This document shows, in pieces, positions 8,319 to 16,875 of a DNA stretch of 33,950 nucleotides (the first letter of the stretch is position 1; the number at the start of each line of letters is the position of its first letter). The DNA comes from Bdellovibrionota bacterium FG-1 (GTDB taxonomy: Bacteria; Bdellovibrionota; UBA1018). Location of the stretch: NCBI GenBank assembly GCA_051382295.1, contig JBBCAW010000089.1, positions 1 through 33,950 on the forward strand, in the 5' to 3' direction. Below the pieces are notes generated by a model. It saw only the letters and a program-made list of their open reading frames with translations, had not been told where the DNA came from and searched no databases. A program made the translations under genes and the position numbers.

Positions 8319-11204
8319 TTAAGAAGCCTCAAATAGGTCTGCCAGGCCTCGAAAGACCCCCGCCAGGAGCTGCGCGGAGTTACCCTCGGCCTCTAGTCGT
8401 AAGCCTCCCCCTTCTGTCCGGCTCACTTTAAGATTTTGGAATGCGGCCTGCAAAGATTGAACGTCGGAAGTGTTGAGAATAGGCGATTCGGCAGCCTGCA
8501 ATGGGGCGACTGCTTCGTCCACTGCTTCAACGGTGAGTTGATCTTCCGCGGAATCCGGGGTATCGGTCGGAGCCGGTTTGATTTTTAGTTCGTCCATCAC
8601 GTTTCGAACCTGACTGTAGAAGCTCCCGGTCCGCTCAAAAATCACTTCATCCGATTGGCCTTCAAAAAGCCCTTGAAACACCGCTCTCTTTTGCGCAACC
8701 AGGGACGTGATCCGTTCCTCAATGCAGTTTTGGGTCACTAAATTGTAAATTTGCACCGGTTGGGTTTGCCCCATTCGGTAAATACGGCCAATGCGCTGTT
8801 CGAGGACGGCGGGATTCCAGGGTAGCTCCAAGTTAATGCAAACCTGTCCCGCTTTTTGGAGATTCAACCCTACTCCGCCCGCATCGGTGGACAGGAAAAG
8901 CCTGACGTCGTCGTCATCATGAAATCGGACAATGTTCTCCGTGCGTTGCTTCTGGCTTTCTTTGCCGGAAAAAAACACCGCCTCTGTGCCCTCGCGCGCC
9001 AACAAGTCAGAAACAGACCAGTGCGCAAGTCTGAGCATTCGCTCCCATTGACTGAAAATCACGATTTTGAGCTTGGGCTGGGTCAGAAGTCCTTCTACCA
9101 GATTTCGAAACTCCAAAAGTTTGGGCGAATTTAACTGGTGAATTCGCGCTTCCGGCTTGGGGTCTATTTGGAGGGAGGGCCAAAGTTCAGCAAAGTCATG
9201 AAGAGCCATCCCATTGGACGTGATCCTCATTTTCGTCAGCAGCGTCATGAGTCTCAAATGCTCTGCCGGAGTCAGCGGTCGACGCTCCGCTATGCTTGCC
9301 AGCTGCGCGGTTTTTCTGGCGTATTCATCGTGAACTGATTTTTGCTCCTCGGTAATTTCGAGCGGCACTAGGGTGTCCGTCCGCGGCGGCAAATCGCCTA
9401 AGACCTCAGAACGAATCCTCCTGATCATGTGCGGTCCAATGCGACTGCGAATCCAAGACAGACCCCGGACCCCATGTTTGGAGTGATCTTCGGCGCGGGC
9501 ATCTCCGAGCTGAAATTGGGCAGGCAATCTCCATTGGGGACCCATTGCCGTTGAATCGACCCAGTCCATGAGTGAAGCCAACTCTTGGATCCGATTTTCC
9601 ATGGGAGTCCCGGTCAGGACTAAGCGAAAAGGAGCCCGAAGTCGCTTAATCTGCTGCGCCGTTTCGGTGGCATAGTTCTTAATTCTCTGTGCCTCATCAA
9701 GAATAACCGCATCGGGAGCCATAGCCAAGATCAGCTCTACGTCCCGGATAAAGAGTTCATAGTTAATGGCGCAGACTGCGGGCGCTTTTTTATAGAATTT
9801 TGCGCGTTCAGTGGGGCTTCCTTCAATCAAGTGGATCTCTCGCCCCGTGACGTTCTGCCACTCCCGTCGCCATTGGCTTTTAAGCGCAGCAGGACATACC
9901 AAAAGGACTCTTTTGGCCACGCCAGCACTCAACAGCGACTCGGCCCAGCCAATGGCCTGGACGGTCTTTCCCAGTCCCATGTCATCGGCCAATAGAAACT
10001 TCCCTTGCTCCAAGGCGCGCGAAATCCCTTCTTTTTGATAAGGATAAAGCTTAAATTTCAGGGAATGAAGCGCCTTTTTAAAGGCGGCTCGATGCCGAGG
10101 CAACTCGAGCGGCCATTTGAGCTTTTCAATTTCAGCTGCCAGCACTGGCCAAATCGCAGGGTCGATCCAAACTTGCTTGGATGATTTTTCTTGGATTTTA
10201 AGCGCCTGAAGAAATTCGTTCAGCTGTTGAAACCTTTTGGAGGGATCGCTTGGCGGAGCAAGGCGCGCCGGGCACAAGCCCTGAATGCCCGCAATAGGGT
10301 CACAATAAGGCTCCATTTCAATGGGCGGCACCCACTTAATCCGTTTGAGGGTGGTGGGGGGCTTTGCCTCCAAAAAGCGCGTCCAGGCGGCATTTGATTT
10401 ATCCCAATGAAGGACGACGGCGCAAATGTGCTTACATAACTTCAGTGTATTTTTTAAAAAATCGGGGCAGTCACAACTGGCATCTATGCCTCCGGTCGAG
10501 GGGGCGCTCTGGGCGACCAAGATTCGGTAATTTTTTGCCCGGTAAAAGCCTAAAACTTGATTTCCCGGAGGAGGAGTCAGCTTGATTGCTTCATTTTGTG
10601 CAGAGGTCATCCGCCTAAGAATGGCCTCCATGGCGGCGATTTGAATCTTCCAGTCGCAATGGGAGTAGCGTGAAAAGAGGTGTTTGACTAGAACGTCACG
10701 TTCCAGATGGAGCTTTGGCAAATTCACCATTTCTCTTAAAAACCAATAAGCTTGAAGATCTGAAAGCAAGGTGAGCGAAAACTTAAATCCTTGCACAAGC
10801 CATTTGGGGGCCTCCTGCAAAAGGCGCTTCTCCGCAGCGGATCGTCTTTTTTTGCTCAGAAGCTGCCCCAATGCAAGGAGAGAGGCCAATACACGAATCC
10901 GAAGCGATGAATCCCCCGGCGGGGTCAAACTCTGCTGAACCAAAAATCCACCCGAAGCCAACAGGGTGATGGTTTCCTCGTATGCCCTTCCGCTCCGAGC
11001 ATCTGTGACCTGCGAATGAAGAACTCCCTCATCCGTGATCCGCAAAAGACGAACCCGCCCAGCTTCTAGTTCTGAAAGCGCTTGATCGCGCTCCGTAGGT
11101 GTAAATTGCCACCGCGGCTCGGGGCTGACCTCTTGGTGTGGATTGCCACGTTTGATTTTGGCGGTAGGAAGCAAAAGGTGGGAGCTGGGCTGAGCTTGTT
11201 GCAT
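8319..11204 (-). CDS. SWIM zinc finger plus SNF2-family helicase/ATPase
   Basis: SWIM CDCPDF..CKH, LADDMGLGKT, LDEAQRIKN, LTGTPMEN, GGVGLNLQ and PWNPAVLEQRIGRIYRMGQ. The likely start is ATG 11204, because the track start overlaps the upstream gene. Confidence 0.92.
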   Translation of the reverse strand: MQQAQPSSHLLLPTAKIKRGNPHQEVSPEPRWQFTPTERDQALSELEAGRVRLLRITDEGVLHSQVTDARSGRAYEETITLLASGGFLVQQSLTPPGDSSLRIRVLASLLALGQLLSKKRRSAAEKRLLQEAPKWLVQGFKFSLTLLSDLQAYWFLREMVNLPKLHLERDVLVKHLFSRYSHCDWKIQIAAMEAILRRMTSAQNEAIKLTPPPGNQVLGFYRAKNYRILVAQSAPSTGGIDASCDCPDFLKNTLKLCKHICAVVLHWDKSNAAWTRFLEAKPPTTLKRIKWVPPIEMEPYCDPIAGIQGLCPARLAPPSDPSKRFQQLNEFLQALKIQEKSSKQVWIDPAIWPVLAAEIEKLKWPLELPRHRAAFKKALHSLKFKLYPYQKEGISRALEQGKFLLADDMGLGKTVQAIGWAESLLSAGVAKRVLLVCPAALKSQWRREWQNVTGREIHLIEGSPTERAKFYKKAPAVCAINYELFIRDVELILAMAPDAVILDEAQRIKNYATETAQQIKRLRAPFRLVLTGTPMENRIQELASLMDWVDSTAMGPQWRLPAQFQLGDARAEDHSKHGVRGLSWIRSRIGPHMIRRIRSEVLGDLPPRTDTLVPLEITEEQKSVHDEYARKTAQLASIAERRPLTPAEHLRLMTLLTKMRITSNGMALHDFAELWPSLQIDPKPEARIHQLNSPKLLEFRNLVEGLLTQPKLKIVIFSQWERMLRLAHWSVSDLLAREGTEAVFFSGKESQKQRTENIVRFHDDDDVRLFLSTDAGGVGLNLQKAGQVCINLELPWNPAVLEQRIGRIYRMGQTQPVQIYNLVTQNCIEERITSLVAQKRAVFQGLFEGQSDEVIFERTGSFYSQVRNVMDELKIKPAPTDTPDSAEDQLTVEAVDEAVAPLQAAESPILNTSDVQSLQAAFQNLKVSRTEGGGLRLEAEGNSAQLLAGVFRGLADLFEAS

Positions 11205-11271
11205 GGGCTTCAAATACCAGACTTTATTTCGAACGCAACCGGGAAGTCCGAATATTCTTACGCGGATCCCG

Positions 11272-12660
11272 TTACTCGATCTCCCAATGCCCACCCTTGT
11301 CGGGGCCAATACGCCGGATGAGCCCTTTGGTCTTCAGTGTGTTAATATTTCGTTGAACATTTCTCAATGTCATTCCAACCTGCGTCGCCAACTCTCTTGC
11401 TGTTAAATGGGGATTCTGACCCATTTTTTGAAGAATCGTCTTTTGATGATCCGTTAGGTTTTCTACGACGTTTTCTACGACGTTTTCTACGACGTTTTCT
11501 ACGACGTTGCTTACCGCTCTGACATCCTTGGGTCTGGATAAAATAATCTGAACAAAATTGCCCATGTCCTCGAATTTTGGGGGTTTTAGGCCAGCTTCTT
11601 TCATCGCTTTTCGAATCCGGGAGACCCCGGTTCCGGCCTTCTCAACGATGTTCATTCGAGCAAACATATCGGCAATCACTTCGTTGCGCCTCGCGGACCG
11701 TGCCCCAATGTTTTGCGGTGTAATCCCCTCCGGCAAGGCGCCTGGGCTGATGACTTCAACCCGGTCCGGAAACACTCTAACCTGAATACTGGTTCCGCTG
11801 TACTTGTAGTCGCGGTGAATAATGGCATTGGCAATCGCCTCACGCCAGGCAGACTGTGGAATTTCATATTCATTTTTGCGTTGTGCGGTTTCGATAATGG
11901 CCTGAAGACTCATGTGGCGTTGAAGAAAAAAATCCGCCTCGCTGAATTGTGTGAGTAGATCTCCGCGGACTTCTTTGCGGTCAAAAATGGTCACGCCTTC
12001 ATAGTCCTTAAATGCGAGCAACATGACCTGGGAGTGCAAAATAAATGGGTCGATCCGCTCGGCAAAAAACAAAAGCCCCGCGGTAGTGATTTGGCCATTT
12101 TTCGTCAAATTCAGGCTTCTCAAAATTTCTGGCAATCGATCCTTGGATACCGGATAGCTAATTCCGGCAGTTTTGTAGAAGCGCTTCACCTTCTTGAGGG
12201 AGATGTCTTCGAGAGTGGCCTCTGTATGAGCCTTAGAATCATAAGCGGATATTGGGCTTGCTTCAAAAGCAGCTTTGGTTTCGTCACGGCTTAGTTTTTG
12301 GGTAACTGCATCAAACCGCCGATAGTAAACACCACTGCAGGCATAGGGTTTTTCGCTGCCTCCTAGGACCTCGACCACCACAAGCTTTCCTACTTGCTTG
12401 ATTTTGGTTTCAATGCCCGGGTCACAATTTCGTCCAAGACTGAAAATTTCCGCTTTCATCTGGCCGGTCAAATGCTCGCCGATGATCTCTCCGTCGTCGG
12501 CTATACCCAAAAGGATGCGCCCTCCACGAGTATTGGCAAATGCGCAGATATCGTGAGCAATTTTCGGAGTATATTTTTCTTTGAACTCTACGGTGAGTCC
12601 TTCGCCTTCCCTGGTGAGAAGATCCAGGCTGATATCTGTTTTGACGGTAATCTTGCTCAT
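11272..12660 (-). CDS. AlbA_2/Schlafen + HATPase_c_4 (RecG-C-like) + wHTH protein
   Basis: EGLTVEFKE..ICAFANTRGG, REAIANAIIHRDY, RNEVIA..VEKAGTGV, and a C-terminal wHTH ending RIGPDKGGHW. Confidence 0.9.
   Translation of the reverse strand: MSKITVKTDISLDLLTREGEGLTVEFKEKYTPKIAHDICAFANTRGGRILLGIADDGEIIGEHLTGQMKAEIFSLGRNCDPGIETKIKQVGKLVVVEVLGGSEKPYACSGVYYRRFDAVTQKLSRDETKAAFEASPISAYDSKAHTEATLEDISLKKVKRFYKTAGISYPVSKDRLPEILRSLNLTKNGQITTAGLLFFAERIDPFILHSQVMLLAFKDYEGVTIFDRKEVRGDLLTQFSEADFFLQRHMSLQAIIETAQRKNEYEIPQSAWREAIANAIIHRDYKYSGTSIQVRVFPDRVEVISPGALPEGITPQNIGARSARRNEVIADMFARMNIVEKAGTGVSRIRKAMKEAGLKPPKFEDMGNFVQIILSRPKDVRAVSNVVENVVENVVENVVENLTDHQKTILQKMGQNPHLTARELATQVGMTLRNVQRNINTLKTKGLIRRIGPDKGGHWEIE
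11458..11505 (-). repeat. In-frame tandem repeat, 4 x 12 bp (VVEN)4
   Basis: GTTTTCTACGAC repeated four times perfectly on the + strand. Confidence 0.97.
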
Positions 12661-12716
12661 TTTTCGTTCTCCCTTCTTGTTGAGTTGGAATCAATAACAG
12701 AGTGGCGATGATCGCG

Positions 12717-12881
12717 GTATTCTTCGAGTGGTAACGCACATCGGTGACCCGGGCCTCCGCGCGAAAAACGCGAGCGGGTATTCTTTCGCCCTAGCCGAGG
12801 GTCTTTTGCGTGGTGGGGTTGGGTTGGAGTGGGGGGTGAGCGGGGTTTACTGCCTGAGCGCGGCAGCTCGGGGCGCTGGGT
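12717..12881 (-). repeat. Palindromic intergenic element (family member D)
   Basis: 12829-12881 matches 270-322. It contains GGCCTCCGCGC..AAAACGCG and two GTATTCTT..CGAG(T/G)G end motifs. Confidence 0.8.
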
Positions 12882-12923
12882 GGCCTCCAGCAAGGCAAGA
12901 ACGATTGACTCCCTGCATTCTCA

Positions 12924-14816
12924 ATGCTAGGTTTCGGCCCAAAGCCTATGCCAAAAAACGCAGTACCTAAAAAAGAAAAACCCAAAGGCGAACGGGCGCG
13001 TGGCCAACTGCGGATTGGTGATCATTGGAATGCTATCACGATTCTCGCGCTTTCGCAGTCCAATCCCCTCAAAGCTATTGCGGAGTTCGTCGAAAACAGC
13101 ATCGACGCGGGGGCGACGACGGTACATATTTTTCGCGGAAAAAAACAAGGCGAAACTTATCTCCGGGTGGTGGATAATGGTCGCGGGATTCCGCGAAATG
13201 ACGCTGGCGAACCCGATTTTAAATACGTGGCGACGCATATCGGTGACTCGATTAAGCGACGGATAAAAGCGAGCGGTGTCCAGGGTGAGTTTGGTATCGG
13301 GCTTTTGAGTTTCTGGACGGTGGGCGAGCGGCTGACCATGCGTTCGGCGGGCGCGGACGGGCACCTGTATGAAATGAAGCTGGTCAAAGGAAAGCCCGGC
13401 TATGATATTTCTCGGTCGCGGGCGCTTTTTGCCGAACAGGGTACCGAACTCGTGATTCAGCCTTTGCTCGCGGGTCTGCGGCACCTCAGTGGCGAGAAGA
13501 TGCAGTGGTACTTGGGAGTGGAGCTGCGCAACCGCCTTCTGGAGCGAGGGGTGCAGATTTTTATTCATGACCAGGTCTCGCGCAACGAGTATCGGGTCGA
13601 ACCCCAGCGATTTAATGGCCGACGGCTTGCGCTGAGTCCCCCTCAGGGTCTTCACGTCGAAATCTACGTCAATGGTGCGGACGCCGCGCAGCGAGTGGCG
13701 CTGTATCGACAAGGCACTCGAGTGCAGGAAGATTTGGGGGAGTGGACCGAGCTTGATGTCGCGATCTGGCGGTCAGGTTTGCTTTGCGGTTTTGTCGATT
13801 GGCCCGATCTTCAGCTCACTCCTGGCTCTCGCCTAGGCGTGATTCGCGATGAGCGATTTGAAAAAATGATTGAAGCGATTCGTCAGCTTGAGCCCGTGCT
13901 TCGAGCGGAGCTCGCCCTTCTTAAACAGGCCGACGAGGAGCAGGCGAGTCGCGCGACTTATGCGAGCCTGCATCGCGCATTTCGGGATGCGCTGGAGGCT
14001 CTTCCGGCCGAAGAATACGATTGGTTTGATCTGAAAAGCCAGAAATCCGGAAAAGCCCATCGGACTCGGACCGCTGATTCTGTAGGTACGGAGGGTGGTA
14101 GTGGCGAAGCGCTCGGGACTGAGGAGGTCCAAGGCGGAGCCGAAAATGGCGAATTAGAAAGTGGAGATACGGCAGGGAAGGATGGCTCTCCTTCGGGGCC
14201 CGTTCAGGCGGCTTTTTTTGAGTTTCCGGGGCCTCTTCATTCCGCCCGAATTGCACCCGCCTCGAGTCTTTTGGCTGTGCGCACACAACGGCGTTTTCGA
14301 GCCGTCGCGCGCGATCGCAAAAACAGCCCGGTGACCGACGGACTCACCTACGAGTGGACGTTGCTTGATGGTGGCGGGGTTTTGGATTCGACCACTCAAG
14401 CTGAGGTGACATTTACGGCCCCCGAGGAACCGGGATTGGTCCGTTTGCAACTCACGGTGAGTCAAGGGGAGCTTCAAGCTGTTGCGACCGCGACAGTGAC
14501 GGTGACTGATTCACTTCTGGCGGATCGCGCCGGGAATGCGCCAGGGAGCCGACGGGGGCTGCCTGATTTTACCTATGAGCGGGCGCCGGGCCAGCTCTGG
14601 CGTTCGCGGTTTGATATGGGACGCGATCTTATTTTGATCAATAGTGGGCATCGTGATTTTTTGTTTGCCTCGTCGAAACCGTCACTGAAGCTCAAGTATC
14701 TGCTGCGGCTTTTTTCAAAAGAGCTCGTGATTGCCAATTTTCCGGGTCTTTCGTCGATGGAACTTCTGGACCGGTTGATTGAGGTTTCGCTTCGGGCGGA
14801 GGAATTTTTGCGGTAG
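12924..14816 (+). CDS. GHKL (MORC/Hsp90-like) ATPase with acidic linker and Ig-like module
   Basis: AIAEFVENSIDA, VDNGRGI and GEFGIG, a Gly/Glu-rich linker, a beta-rich TYEWTL..VTFTAP..LQLTVSQ..ATATVTVT segment, then ILINSGH. The start may be 12948. Confidence 0.85.
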   Translation: MLGFGPKPMPKNAVPKKEKPKGERARGQLRIGDHWNAITILALSQSNPLKAIAEFVENSIDAGATTVHIFRGKKQGETYLRVVDNGRGIPRNDAGEPDFKYVATHIGDSIKRRIKASGVQGEFGIGLLSFWTVGERLTMRSAGADGHLYEMKLVKGKPGYDISRSRALFAEQGTELVIQPLLAGLRHLSGEKMQWYLGVELRNRLLERGVQIFIHDQVSRNEYRVEPQRFNGRRLALSPPQGLHVEIYVNGADAAQRVALYRQGTRVQEDLGEWTELDVAIWRSGLLCGFVDWPDLQLTPGSRLGVIRDERFEKMIEAIRQLEPVLRAELALLKQADEEQASRATYASLHRAFRDALEALPAEEYDWFDLKSQKSGKAHRTRTADSVGTEGGSGEALGTEEVQGGAENGELESGDTAGKDGSPSGPVQAAFFEFPGPLHSARIAPASSLLAVRTQRRFRAVARDRKNSPVTDGLTYEWTLLDGGGVLDSTTQAEVTFTAPEEPGLVRLQLTVSQGELQAVATATVTVTDSLLADRAGNAPGSRRGLPDFTYERAPGQLWRSRFDMGRDLILINSGHRDFLFASSKPSLKLKYLLRLFSKELVIANFPGLSSMELLDRLIEVSLRAEEFLR

Positions 14817-14866
14817 CGAGCCTGACCAAATTCACGCCAGACGTTAAAACGGTCAGATCAATTTTT

Positions 14867-15847
14867 TTACAGTCCTTTTCCCACTCCCCGAATTAAGTAC
14901 GCTCGGGCGAGTGGTCGATCTGAAAATATTTTTCCAAGCCCCAGGAGCAAAAGCCCCAGACCGTAATCGTGGGACTGAAAGACGAGGCGCTTCCAACCTT
15001 TGAGGTGAATGCCTTCGCGCTCAAGCGCGGTGAGGAGGCGAAAAGTCTTCTGCCATCCTTTTTTACATTTTTCGCGCCAAATTTTAAGATTTTCGAACGA
15101 ACTGACATGAAAAAGTCCATCAAACCGGCTCACTCCGACGACATTGGTCTGGTGCTGGCGGTACGCTACGAGTGCTTGAGGAACCGCAAAAACTCCACCC
15201 TGTGCGCTAGCCAGAAGTGCAAACCAATGGTCGTGGTACTCGGTCTCTGGCGGGATTTTGGGGTATTTTCTTGCGAGATCCGCATCAAAAAGCGTGGTGC
15301 ACCCCGTGACGACATTGCGGAGGAGTAGGTGCTGAAGCTGCGAAAACTGAATTCCGCGGGTCTCGGTTTTCCACACGGATTGCTCGCATAGTCCGCTGGG
15401 TTCCAAAGTGTGCATGTCGCAATGAACGAGCGAAAAAGCAGGGTGTTTGCTCAGCTCTTGGATCAGAGTCGCAAGCTTTTGAGGGTACCAAATATCGTCT
15501 TGGTCCGAAAAAGCGATGGCGTCCATGAATTTTTGGGATGTGGGCTCCTGTGCAAGCAGTACCTCCAGAGCCTTGCCGAAGTTGGCGCGATGGCCAAGAC
15601 GAACGGGGTTTTTGAACCAAACGAAGCGGGGGTCAGCAAAAAAGGGCGCGAGAGCGTCACTTTTTTTGAGGGGGGCCAGCGGAGAATCGAGGGTGATCGC
15701 GCAAATCCACTGAGTCCATGTTTGGTCCTGAATGGACTTAAGTTGTTGGGCAAAAATCTCTGGATCGGGTTGGTAGGCGGCGAGGGCGATACCGACTTGG
15801 GTATATCGGGAGACCTGGTCTACTTTCATCGATCTATCTTCGTCCAA
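14867..15847 (-). CDS. Glycosyltransferase family 2 (rhamnosyltransferase-like)
   Basis: QLKSIQDQT, FSDQDDIWYPQKL, NVVTGCT, HDHW and YRQH. The probable start is 15829. Confidence 0.92.
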   Translation of the reverse strand: MDEDRSMKVDQVSRYTQVGIALAAYQPDPEIFAQQLKSIQDQTWTQWICAITLDSPLAPLKKSDALAPFFADPRFVWFKNPVRLGHRANFGKALEVLLAQEPTSQKFMDAIAFSDQDDIWYPQKLATLIQELSKHPAFSLVHCDMHTLEPSGLCEQSVWKTETRGIQFSQLQHLLLRNVVTGCTTLFDADLARKYPKIPPETEYHDHWFALLASAQGGVFAVPQALVAYRQHQTNVVGVSRFDGLFHVSSFENLKIWREKCKKGWQKTFRLLTALEREGIHLKGWKRLVFQSHDYGLGLLLLGLGKIFSDRPLARAYLIRGVGKGL

Positions 15848-16787
15848 AGGTCACCACCTTCCCCATGGCCCTCGCTAAGCAAGCTCGCGCCAGCGCAGGA
15901 TCGGAGGGGTAATCCCGCCAAGCTTTGCAAATCAGGGGCATTCCGAAATCCAGGCGGTTCAAGAAAAGCGTCTCACTGGTCTTGGGATTAAGCAGTCCTG
16001 CATCCTGAGCGGCGTTCACTCGCATGAGAGTGCCGGTCCAAGCGGTCTTGAGTTTTTTTAGAACGGCCAGGGGATGATTTTGTCCGCGCAGGCTCAAGAG
16101 ACCGGCGAACGGCGTGATGCCGAGCACATTTTTTCCGTGTTGGCGGTAAGCGTACAGGGGTCTGTGAATGGAAAAAATCCCGCCATGTGCTGAAGCCACT
16201 GCGGCATACCAGTGATCATGGTAATCGAAGGCTTCCGGGATAGTGGGATACTGGCGGGCGAGATTAGCGTCCAATAACATCGAGCAGCCGGCGATCACAT
16301 TTCGGATCAGGAGATCTCCGAGCGAAGTGTGATGAACCCCGCGGCGTTCTAGTTTCCATGCGGTCTGCTCAGCAATCGAGCCTTGGGCATTCAAGATGTG
16401 CATGTCTGAATGAACGAGTGCGAGGGGGCCTCGCTTTTCGAGTTCGCAGGCACAGGTTTCGAGCTTTTCAGGATACCAAATGTCGTCTTGATCGGAGCAC
16501 GCGATGGCGTCGATATTCGCGTTTTTGGCAAGAAGTTGAATGGCGCATTCAAAGTTCTTCTTGGATCCCAAGCGTGTGGGGTTTTCGCGCCAGATGAAGC
16601 GGGGGTCATTGAAAAATTTCTGGAATGTCGGATTTTCCCTGAAGGACTGAAGCAATGAATCCGAGCTGATTAAACATTGCCATTGGGTGAAACTCTGTTT
16701 TTGAATGGACTCCAGCTGGGCCTCAAAAAAAGTGGGTTCGGGTTCAAAGGCTGCTAAGGCGATGCCGATTTGACGAATGGTCATCAT
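15834..16787 (-). CDS. Glycosyltransferase family 2, tandem paralogue
   Basis: QLESIQKQS, CSDQDDIWYPEKL, NVIAGCS, HDHW and YRQH. Confidence 0.92.
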   Translation of the reverse strand: MMTIRQIGIALAAFEPEPTFFEAQLESIQKQSFTQWQCLISSDSLLQSFRENPTFQKFFNDPRFIWRENPTRLGSKKNFECAIQLLAKNANIDAIACSDQDDIWYPEKLETCACELEKRGPLALVHSDMHILNAQGSIAEQTAWKLERRGVHHTSLGDLLIRNVIAGCSMLLDANLARQYPTIPEAFDYHDHWYAAVASAHGGIFSIHRPLYAYRQHGKNVLGITPFAGLLSLRGQNHPLAVLKKLKTAWTGTLMRVNAAQDAGLLNPKTSETLFLNRLDFGMPLICKAWRDYPSDPALARACLARAMGKVVTFGRR

Positions 16788-16875
16788 GGTTCTTTATCCT
16801 AACGCGCCCGGCATTACGAAGGAAGCGGATACCTCCTGACCTATCTCAAATTATCGTCACCACGGTGACCTGGAG

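Noticed and set aside
1..12881. Repeats as integron attC sites or a CRISPR array
   Set aside because: There are no consistent RYYYAAC/GTTRRRY boxes, no regular spacing, and no intI or cas genes.
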